From contig OY969415.1 in the NCBI GenBank assembly GCA_963699135.1, forward strand, positions 2,551,196 through 2,615,195: a DNA stretch of 64,000 nucleotides, read 5' to 3'. A model generated the notes under the pieces. It worked only from the letters and a program-made list of their open reading frames with translations. It searched no databases and was not told where the DNA came from. Of the stretch, positions 56,450-64,000 are shown piece after piece (the stretch's first letter is position 1; every line of letters begins with the position of its first letter). This DNA comes from an uncultured Armatimonadetes bacterium. Lineage in GTDB: Bacteria; Armatimonadota; Hebobacteria; Hebobacterales; Hebobacteraceae. The translations under genes were made by a program, and so were the position numbers.

Positions 56450-57994
56450 CTAAGCCCCCTCCACCCTCCGGTGGAACTCGACATTCCACGGCCCATACGG
56501 GCAGCTCATGCACGAGCAACCCTCCAGCGCCGGCTGCCGGTTCGGCAGGTCGCGCGCTTCCTCCCGGAATCGCCGATATGCCTCCCCCCGCCAGGCCGCG
56601 GCGAAGCCTCCCTGCGACAGGTCGCCCACTACCCGCTCACAAGCACAGCAGGGGAAGATGCGGCCGCTCGCCGTGACCAGCGCGAAGATGTGCCCGATGT
56701 AGCAGGGCATGTCCGCGTAGAGATGGCCGGTGAAGGCCGAGCCCGTTTCCGCCAGCGCGCCGAACGTCCCGCGCACCTCCAACCCCCGCGACTTCGCCCA
56801 GGCCTCGGCCTCCGCCACGTTCCGCCTCGCCTCCGCCATCTGCGCGGCATCCAAGGTGACCGGCGCCCCCGCCGGCGCCAGCCCAAGCCCGCTGAAAGTG
56901 AGGACATCCGCGCCCGCCTCCGCCATCTGCTGCGCCCAGGCCAGCGGCTCAGCGAGATTGGCCCGCTGCACCACGAACGACACCTCGATCACTGGCCGCC
57001 CCGATCCGGCCTCCTCCCGCGCCGCGCGCACCGCTCTGATCGCGTTCACCACCCGCCCAAACACCTCCGGGGAAACCCCATGCACCTGCGCGTAGGTCTC
57101 CGCGCTTCCCGCGTTCAGGCTGATGTGCAGTTCGTCCAGCCCCATTGCCACCAGCAGCCGCGCCCGCTCCTCGTTCAGCAGGCCCGCGTTCGTGACCAGT
57201 CGCACCCAGAGGCCGGCCGCTTCGGCCGCCTCCGCGAACTCGAAGGACTGCGGATGCACCAGCGGCTCGCCCAGCCCGCACAACTCGATCTCCCGCGTCC
57301 CCATCTCGGCCAGGTCGCGGATCAGCGCGTGGTACGTCGCTGCTTCCATCAACCCGAAGTCGCGCTCCGCCAGCACCCCCTCCGCCGCCATCCGCCGCCC
57401 GCCGTCGGCGCAATAGGGGGAATGCTCGGAGCACATGATGCAGCGGTGGTTGCAGCGGTCGCTGATCCCGATGTTGACCCGCTTGAACCCCCATGGCGGT
57501 CGCGGGCCGTGCAGCAGTCGGTTGGCACGCGCCCGGCGATAGGGGCCAAGGAGTCTGCGCGCGCCACTCCGCAGAGCACCTCCGCTCAGCGAGATGCCCG
57601 CCCGCCTCAGCCACTCCGTCAGACTCGCGCTCGCGCCGTCCGGCGTCAGCGCCAGCTTTTCCTCGGCCCGCGCCAGTCGCAGCAGCAGAGCCACTCGCCG
57701 GTAGGCCGGATCATCGAGGCCCCCTACCAGCGCCCATGCCACATCGAACCTTCGGCCCACCGCGCGGATCAGCGCGGGAGTGATACTGAACCCATAGGCC
57801 CCGCGCACACCCGCCGCGATCCGCTCGTCCGCGAAAACTACCGCCTCCGGCCGCGTGATCGCGGTTATACGCACCCCGGGAAGCTGCTCGCGCAGCAGGC
57901 CAATCGCGCGCCCGGCCGCCGCGTCGTCGACCGCGACGATCAACAGCGCGCGCTTGCCCCTCTCCTGCGATGGCTTAGCCCCGCGTACTATCAC
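56450..57994 (-). CDS. radical SAM enzyme with a C-terminal SPASM-like Cys cluster and an extra N-terminal domain of about 150 aa
   Basis: CX3CX2C in GISDRCNHRCIMCSE. The C-terminal Cys-rich region is CYIGHIF..GRIFPCCACERVVGDL...EGCSCMSCPYGPW. The N-terminal domain (RALLIVAVDDAAAGRAIGLLREQLPGVRITAITRPE...) lies outside the rSAM core. Confidence 0.85.
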   Translation of the reverse strand: MIVRGAKPSQERGKRALLIVAVDDAAAGRAIGLLREQLPGVRITAITRPEAVVFADERIAAGVRGAYGFSITPALIRAVGRRFDVAWALVGGLDDPAYRRVALLLRLARAEEKLALTPDGASASLTEWLRRAGISLSGGALRSGARRLLGPYRRARANRLLHGPRPPWGFKRVNIGISDRCNHRCIMCSEHSPYCADGGRRMAAEGVLAERDFGLMEAATYHALIRDLAEMGTREIELCGLGEPLVHPQSFEFAEAAEAAGLWVRLVTNAGLLNEERARLLVAMGLDELHISLNAGSAETYAQVHGVSPEVFGRVVNAIRAVRAAREEAGSGRPVIEVSFVVQRANLAEPLAWAQQMAEAGADVLTFSGLGLAPAGAPVTLDAAQMAEARRNVAEAEAWAKSRGLEVRGTFGALAETGSAFTGHLYADMPCYIGHIFALVTASGRIFPCCACERVVGDLSQGGFAAAWRGEAYRRFREEARDLPNRQPALEGCSCMSCPYGPWNVEFHRRVEGA

Positions 57995-58083
57995 ATCACG
58001 AGTGTAGCAGGTGGCCCCACCCCTCGCAATCGCCCGTGAGGCAAACGCCGCCTTCCCGGTAGCGGGTAAGCCTGGAAGGAGAC

Positions 58084-58851
58084 ATGGGACGACCCTTGAC
58101 TCATGGCGGCGAAGAGGAGTACATTGCGCTCGAGATGAGGGGCTTCCTGAAGGATGAATTCTCCCCGAAGAACGTAGTGGTCAGGCTGATGTGGGCCGCC
58201 ATCACTACGGGTATGCTCAAGTTGGCACTCTACTCGTTCGCGGTAGCTCCGCGGAGAGAGTACCTGTTCTGGGCGTCCATGTTGGCGCTTGTGTTCCTGG
58301 CGGTAACCTTCATCTCTGCGCTGTCTCGGCAGGACGGGATGTCGTGCTTCCACGTAGTCCTGGAAGAGGTAATGTCGGGTACGGGAAAGGACCCTCAGGG
58401 CAACTCGATCACTTTCACCTCTGTGATCGCCGCTGTATCCAATACAGGGGCACCAAGCGTCGTGTCCGGAATGCGGTTCACCGCCCAGGTGCCGGGCAGT
58501 GTCCCGGTTCCTGGGGAGGCCCAGACCTTGCCTGACTCACTCACGATCAACCTTCCAAACGGCCACGCGGAGACGGTTTCAGGATCAGACGCCCTCAACA
58601 TCAAGGTGCAACTGCAGCCCATTCCGAAGGGTGGGATCGTGCGCGGGAGGATGTTATATACGTTCGCAGGAGTATCGGTCGATGGTCTCGGCGCGGTCGG
58701 AACGGTATATGAGCTGGTTGTCACCAACCTGTGGGGCAGGAAGTATAAGGCCTCCATTCGGAACGTCGGACTGAAACCACAGGTGCTTAACTACCCACAG
58801 ATACGAAAGCGGTTGCCGCTGACACCAGAGGATCGTCACGCCGGAGAATAG
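58084..58851 (+). CDS. hypothetical membrane protein (2 TM helices + beta-rich C-terminal domain), divergent from the radical SAM gene
   Basis: GGAAGGAG RBS. 255 aa with hydrophobic segments VVVRLMWAAITTGMLKLALYSFAV and YLFWASMLALVFLAVTFISAL. I recognise no motif. Confidence 0.6.
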   Translation: MGRPLTHGGEEEYIALEMRGFLKDEFSPKNVVVRLMWAAITTGMLKLALYSFAVAPRREYLFWASMLALVFLAVTFISALSRQDGMSCFHVVLEEVMSGTGKDPQGNSITFTSVIAAVSNTGAPSVVSGMRFTAQVPGSVPVPGEAQTLPDSLTINLPNGHAETVSGSDALNIKVQLQPIPKGGIVRGRMLYTFAGVSVDGLGAVGTVYELVVTNLWGRKYKASIRNVGLKPQVLNYPQIRKRLPLTPEDRHAGE

Positions 58852-58997
58852 CACTAGTTGCGCTGCGGCGTCCGCGGTATCCTGTCCCTATGCCCGAACG
58901 CTCAGACACACACAAGCAGTACCCCGAGGACCCGAACGCAATCGCCCACGCGAGCGTGCCATCTGCGGATGCCGCCTTTCCTCCCTCCCCCGAACCC

Positions 58998-59026
58998 TTG
59001 ACGCGCTCCCTTCCTTCCGGTATCAT
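58998..59026 (+). promoter_or_regulatory. possible promoter in the 520-bp spacer upstream of 59373
   Basis: TTGACG (58998-59003), a 17-nt spacer, TATCAT (59021-59026). It is followed by hairpins at 59050-59075 (9-bp stem) and 59106-59136 (13-bp stem with one G-U pair). Confidence 0.35.
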
Positions 59027-59372
59027 CTGCCCCACTTCGCTCATAGAGTTTCGCCGAAGGAAGTGATTCGGCGAAGCTCCAGAAGCACAAGGTATCGGCT
59101 AACGGGCTTTCGCACATCACCTCGATGTGCGGAAGCCACTGAGCGGAGAATCCCCAGGAGGTGGCCTCGTGAACAAGCTCACAAGATGCTCGCAAACCTG
59201 CCCGACCTCCGGGGAGACTCGCGTCTAGCTCTAGTCCCTGTTCCCCAAGCACCCGGAGCCGTGGGCCATCCGAGCCCGCGGTTTTGTGTTTCTGCGTGCC
59301 GCCGCGGGTCGGTCCCTGACCGGCTCCCAAGACAGCAATGTCGCTCCAATCGCGGTAAGAGGGAGGCCTCTG

Positions 59373-61939
59373 ATGATGTTGCGAACCTGTGCGAAGCTCC
59401 TAGTGGGACTGGCGGCCGCCTGTCTGCTCGGCGCGCCCGCCCTGGCGCTCGCCAAGGATGACCGCGCGCCAGTGATCCTGGTCCCCTTCGTGGACGCGAT
59501 CGCCATCGACGGCAGCGCCGCCGATTGGGGAGAGCGGGGATTCCGCGTCGCTCTGCTGCGCGTGTCCGATGGCAAGGCCCTCCCCGACGACGGCTTCTCC
59601 GCGCGCTACCGGCTGGGGTGGAACGACCGCGGGCTCCTCGCCTTCTTCGAGATCAAAGACCAGGACGTGTCCGAGGCGACGGAGCAAGCTCAGGCGAATG
59701 GCCGCGACGGCATCAGGCTCCATGGCAATCTCTGGTACGAGGCCCCCGCGCCCACGTTCAAGGTCGATCTCAGCCCCGGGACCAACCCCCCCGCGAGAAG
59801 CCGACCGTCTACCCCGGTAACCCGAACGGGGAGCGAGACCTGGCTGCCGCCGCCGATATCGAGGCCGCCTCCAAGGCAATCCCCGGCGGCTATGCCATCG
59901 AGGCCCTCATCCCCTGGCGCGACTTTCCGGTCACTCCCGCGGAAGGGGCTGACATCTCCCTCGAGGCCTACGCGCTCAACATCGACGGCAAGGCCGAGAC
60001 CACGCAATCCTCCTGGCGCCCGACCTTTCAGGGAACGCCCGCGATCCACCTGCGCCTGGCCCGGGAGTCGAGCCCGGCCGTGCTCGCGGACGCTGTTTCC
60101 GTCACCCCTGAGCATAACAAGCGCACCCTCGTCGCCGTCCGCACCACCGGCGACCTGATCGGCAAGACCGTCACCATCACCGACCAGGGCCGTGGCCTGG
60201 GAAGCAGCAAAGTAGCACGCGGCGAGGAGGGGCTGGGCAAAGCCACCGTCGCCATCCCACTGTCACCGGATGACCGCAGCTACGGCCCGCTGGAGATCTA
60301 TGCCGGCGACACCCGCGTCGGCCTCTTCGTCCCGCCGCTCGAAGCCACCGTGCTCAAGCCCAAGGCGCTGGGGGAGGCCAATCTGCGCTTCACTCCCTAC
60401 GTGTTCGACGGGACCGATTTCCCGTCGTGCGATTTCGAGCAGCCCTCCCTCGCCGAGGACCTGATCGGGCCTTACACGACCAGCGTGACCTACTACGACA
60501 GGGACTACAATGTGGTCCAGAAGGCCGAGACCCCCGGCCGCTACGGCGCCGTCGTTACGGTCAAGCCCTTGCGCGGCGGCCCGACCATCACCCGTTTCCG
60601 GACGTTGTTCCGGCAGCCCCAGCCCTATAGCTGGTGGTTCGGCCGACTTGACGCCACCGCGAAGCTGCCGAAGGAGCTGGGGATTTCCCCCGAGGTGCTG
60701 GCGGCCGAAGCCCCCGACTTCGCCGACATGCTGAAGTGGAGCCTGGTTGACGCCAGCGGTCGCGACTGGCATGTGCCGGCACTCCTCGCCGGCTGGTACG
60801 AGATGAAGCCCACCGGGCAGAAGGCCCCCAAGTGGGCCGACGCCATGGCCCTGGATCGACGCTGGTGGCTCGGCCTCAAGAGAATACGCTACGGCGCTGA
60901 CACCACTTACCCGAGCCCGTTCGTGGGCCCGCGCCCGGTCGAGGGCAGGCCCGCCACCGTCCTGCGTGAGGGCACGCTCACCGAGGCCGGCATGAAGCCC
61001 GGCGCCGCCGACAAGATCGACGCCGTCCTCCAGGCCTGGGCAGCGGACAGCGATCAGGGGTTCGCGGCCCTCGTCGCCCGGCATGGTGTCATCGTGCTCC
61101 ACAAGGCCTACGGCGAGCGCGACGGTCAGCCTATGACCACCTCCACCAAGAGCTGGATGGCCTCCATCACCAAGACCCTGTCGGCCAACCTTATGATGAT
61201 GCTGGTGGACCAGGGGCTGGTGAGTCTCGACGATCCGGCGGAGAGGTACCTGCCGCCCCTGCGAGATCGCCATCCCGTCAGACCGCTCCTCGTCCGCCAC
61301 CTCTATACCCACACCTCCGGGTTCCCGGAGATGGAGCACTGGGGCGACGACATGAGCGACATGGTCGAAGTCGTTGCCGACTACTACCCGTTTCTACGAG
61401 TAGGGGAGAACCGGATCTACAACGGCGTAGGCCTGGGCTTGGGCGGGAAGATCATCGAGGTGGTGAGCGGGGAGATCATCCCCGTCTTCTTCCACCAGCA
61501 CCTGCTCGGCCCGCTGGGCTGCGACCATACCGAAGTCATGGGGACGATGGGAGATTCCCGCAGCGTCCCTCTGGACATCGCCAAGGTCGGCCAGATGATG
61601 CTCAACCGCGGCGCTTATGGCAACCTGCGGTTCTATCGCGATGACACCTTCGCGAAGATGCTGCCCCAGCCCATGACCAAGACCCTGGGCCACGATGACA
61701 GGTCGAGCTGCGGGATCGGGCTGTGGACCTATGGCGAGATCCCCGGCCTCAGCACCAGCACCTTCGGCCACGGGGCGGCTTCGAGCGCGACCTTCCTGGT
61801 CGATCCGGTAAACGACCTCGTGATCGTGATGACGCGCAACGAAGCCGGCAAGAACTTCGGCAAGTATCACCCCCAGTTCTTGCAGGCGATCGTGGATGGT
61901 CTGGACACCGGCGCCGAAGCGCCGAAACCGGTTAGTTGA
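59373..61939 (+). CDS. secreted multidomain protein: CBM9/DOMON-like N-domain + central region + C-terminal beta-lactamase-fold serine hydrolase; 1 frameshift in a C7 run (59786-59792)
   Basis: AGAGGGAGG RBS and signal peptide MMLRTCAKLLVGLAAACLLGAPALALA. IDGSAADWGERGF...YRLGWNDRGLLAFFEIKD (track ORF 59286..60158) continues after the C7 run as REKPTVYPGNPNGERDL..GYAIEALIPW (track ORF 59525..61939). SxxK motif in WMASITKTL. Confidence 0.75.
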
Positions 61940-61963
61940 TAGCTATCTCAAGGAGGGGCCAGC

Positions 61964-64000
61964 ATGGCCATTCGCATTCGTGATCTCACCAAAGATTGGC
62001 GCAAAGGCGATCCCGAGAAGCTCGCCCGCTTGATGAACGAGTCCGGCCGCGGCTGGCCTGGCGGTGGCTGGGACCCCACGACCCCGGAGGAGGCCGCCGC
62101 CCGCGTGCGCGAGCAGAAGCTGTTGGGCGCGTTCGTCGCCGAGGTCGGCAACGAGATGGTCGCCTTCTGCAACTGCGCCGCCCGACCCAATGAGCGCAAC
62201 CGCGCCTACATCCCCCTGCTCAACGCCCACCCGGATTATCACGGCAAGGGCATCGGGAAAGCGGTGCTGCTCAGCTCGGTCGAGCGCGTCTACGAACTGG
62301 GCATAGCCCGCGTCGACCTCCATACCTGGCCCGGCAACCTTAAGGCCGTGCCGCTCTATAAGAAGTCCGGTTTCATGTGGGCCCCCGACGAGCCCTGGGG
62401 CGTACTAATGCAGAACTTCACCCCCGGCGCGCGCCGCCATCCGGTGGCCCAGGAGTACTTCCAGAAGCACGACTGGTATCGCACCATCAAGCGCGACCTT
62501 TCGCTCACCGCTGACGACCACAAGCGCGGGAAGGCGCGGGTCTATCCCTACCTCTGGGAAGAGGGTGGCGACCGCCTGCGGATGATCTACGACCGCCAGT
62601 CCTGGGGCCTGCTGGAGATCGAAACCAACGACTTCCTCGTCGCCTGCTTCCTCGAGGATGAGAAGCTCGTCGCCGGCCTCCCGCACACCATCCGCTGGCA
62701 GATCGTCAACCACGGCCCCCGCCCGCTGGAGATCGCGCTCGTTGCCTCCGCCGATGACGGGGTCAAGCTCGACCACAAGCAGCTCCTGCGCGTCGACAAG
62801 CAGGCCGACCTCTCCGCGCAGTTCGACATCGACCCCGACCTGCGGGAGAAGGAACAGGAGCCGCGGGCCCCGATCATCCGCACCGACATCATCCTCAACG
62901 GGATGCCCATCCGACTGGAGGCCGGCTTCGAGGTGAAGCAGGCCGTCCGCTTCGAGATGGACGCCGTCGGCCACGATCTGCGGCCGGGCCGGCCGGAGCG
63001 CGTTCTCGTGCAGGCCATCGACGAAATGGATCGCCCCGCGAAAGCCACGGTGCGCCTGCGCGGCGCCGCCGGCCTGACCATGGACCGCGCCAAGCACACG
63101 ATAGAGATTCCCGCCAAGGGCGCGGTGGAGATGCCGGTCACGTTGACCGCGGCTCAGTCCGGGCCCGTGGAGCTGAAGATCGACGCCGAAGTCGGCCGCG
63201 GCAAGCAGGCCCTCCGGCCCGAGACTGCCGACCTCCATGTGCACTTCGGCCACCCCGGCGAGATCAGCGGCCACGTCGAAAAGGAGCACGTGTTCCTGCA
63301 GTCCGCGCTCCTTCACGTCAACGTCAGCCGGCGCGGCGGCTGGACCATCATCGGCGAGAAGATCCACAACCGGTGGGAGGCGGCCGCCGTGACTGGCCCG
63401 GAGATCGGGCCTCCCTTTGCCTGGGAGGACTTCTTCGATCGGCCCTGCGAGGCCCGCGTCGAGCAGGAGCCCGGCTGCGTTGTCGCGGTGCTCACCACCG
63501 AGTCGGTGTATCGGCCCGGCATCTGGCTCGAACGCCGCATCACGCTCTCGAACCTCCCCGTCGTGGAGGTCTCGGACACCATCGTGAACGGCTCCGGTTC
63601 CCGCTTCGAGGGGCGCATCAAGCGCAACGCGCAGCTCCGAGGCGACTGGATCACTACCCTCAGCGCCAAGGGCCTGGTCCGCAGCCGCGGCGGCCCGGGT
63701 CGCTCGGGGCCCGAGCATAACCCGGCCCAAGATGCCTCCGCCTGGCTCGAGACCTGGGTGGCGATGGAAGACGAACCCGGCATGGCCGCGGGCCTGTTCT
63801 GGACCGCCGCCCATCGCGTGCACAACTTCGGCTGGTGGAACCAGATCGAGCACGAACTCCCGCCTATCGAGCCCGGCCAGTCGGTGACGGCCGAGCCCAT
63901 CCGCATCTTCGTCGGCGACGGCGATCATCTTACCGTCCGCCGCTGGTGGCAGAACCTGTACGGCCCGCGCGTCTACCGCACCGTGGGCCAGCCCGAGACG
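61964..64000 (+). CDS. GNAT N-acetyltransferase domain fused to a large uncharacterised C-terminal region; 3' end outside window (not in the ORF track)
   Basis: The ATG at 61964 is preceded by AAGGAGGGG. I translated this frame by hand to nt 64000 without meeting a stop: MAIRIRDLTKDWRKGDPEKLARLMNESGRGWPGGGW...NAHPDYHGKGIGKAVLLSSVERVYELGIARVDLHTWPGNLKAVPLYKKSGF... The 507-aa minus ORF 62405..63928 is its antisense shadow. Confidence 0.75.
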   Translation, partial: MAIRIRDLTKDWRKGDPEKLARLMNESGRGWPGGGWDPTTPEEAAARVREQKLLGAFVAEVGNEMVAFCNCAARPNERNRAYIPLLNAHPDYHGKGIGKAVLLSSVERVYELGIARVDLHTWPGNLKAVPLYKKSGFMWAPDEPWGVLMQNFTPGARRHPVAQEYFQKHDWYRTIKRDLSLTADDHKRGKARVYPYLWEEGGDRLRMIYDRQSWGLLEIETNDFLVACFLEDEKLVAGLPHTIRWQIVNHGPRPLEIALVASADDGVKLDHKQLLRVDKQADLSAQFDIDPDLREKEQEPRAPIIRTDIILNGMPIRLEAGFEVKQAVRFEMDAVGHDLRPGRPERVLVQAIDEMDRPAKATVRLRGAAGLTMDRAKHTIEIPAKGAVEMPVTLTAAQSGPVELKIDAEVGRGKQALRPETADLHVHFGHPGEISGHVEKEHVFLQSALLHVNVSRRGGWTIIGEKIHNRWEAAAVTGPEIGPPFAWEDFFDRPCEARVEQEPGCVVAVLTTESVYRPGIWLERRITLSNLPVVEVSDTIVNGSGSRFEGRIKRNAQLRGDWITTLSAKGLVRSRGGPGRSGPEHNPAQDASAWLETWVAMEDEPGMAAGLFWTAAHRVHNFGWWNQIEHELPPIEPGQSVTAEPIRIFVGDGDHLTVRRWWQNLYGPRVYRTVGQPET

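Noticed and set aside
55052-58039. 428-aa and 555-aa plus-strand ORFs (55052..56338, 56372..58039)
   Set aside because: They are antisense to recD2 and the radical SAM gene, both of which have unambiguous motifs. The shadow translations are Arg/Pro/His-rich.
58890-59066. 58-aa ORF (MPERSDTHKQYPEDPNAIAH...) as a possible RiPP precursor for the radical SAM enzyme
   Set aside because: It has no Shine-Dalgarno sequence, it contains the predicted promoter inside it, it is Pro-rich with a single Cys, and it lies on the far side of the membrane-protein gene.
59134-59141. B12-box-like AGCCACUG, suggesting a cobalamin riboswitch
   Set aside because: It is an isolated 8-mer inside a simple hairpin arm. 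The rest of the cobalamin riboswitch core is missing, and the downstream gene has no B12 link.
62405-63928. 507-aa minus-strand ORF
   Set aside because: It is antisense to a plus-strand frame with an RBS, an ATG and a clear GNAT motif. Its composition (Arg/Gly/Ala/Leu/Asp-rich, no motifs) is typical of shadow ORFs in high-GC DNA.

Overview
This is a high-GC (roughly two-thirds G+C by eye) bacterial chromosomal segment, densely coding on both strands. I call about 56 protein-coding genes and recognised no rRNA, tRNA, CRISPR array, integrase or transposase.

Housekeeping anchors:
- tuf, lysS, greA and proB
- a three-subunit 2-oxoacid:ferredoxin oxidoreductase
- tldD/pmbA
- an AMIN-amidase plus GerMN pair
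- a RecD2-like helicase
- the archaeal-type ADH synthase + 3-dehydroquinate synthase II pair

Accessory content:
- three SPPY-type DNA methyltransferases with no visible nuclease
- an orphan HicB and an HTH-PIN toxin-antitoxin pair
- a stand-alone RelA/SpoT synthetase-domain protein
- a radical SAM/SPASM enzyme
- an AAA_14/DUF4143 ATPase cassette bracketed by repeats at the 3' end of an MFS gene
- a YtrA-type GntR/ABC operon with two permease::beta-propeller fusions
- a giant SLH-anchored wall protein and two DUF1559-like (H-x9-DG) proteins

Major caveat: at least 14 genes are broken by roughly 30-35 single-nucleotide frameshifts, several sitting in homopolymer runs. Many track ORFs are therefore fragments that I stitched together by reading conserved peptide across frames. 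About half of all shifts fall in two adjacent genes at 49.9-52.8 kb.

Two real genes run off the window edges and are missing or truncated in the ORF track (1..515 and 61964..64000). Many long track ORFs are antisense shadows typical of high-GC DNA.

The taxonomic guess (Armatimonadota-like or another diderm environmental lineage) rests only on gene content (SLH, DUF1559/prepilin-like proteins, archaeal-type aromatic pathway) and is low confidence.

No single locus is an obvious complete new system. The best candidates for follow-up are:
- the RelA/SpoT-like gene and its neighbourhood (51.8-58.9 kb)
- the repeat-bracketed DUF4143 ATPase cassette (41.2-42.7 kb)
- the permease::beta-propeller ABC operon (44.0-49.7 kb)
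- a promoter-leader-terminator element at 39.26-39.48 kb
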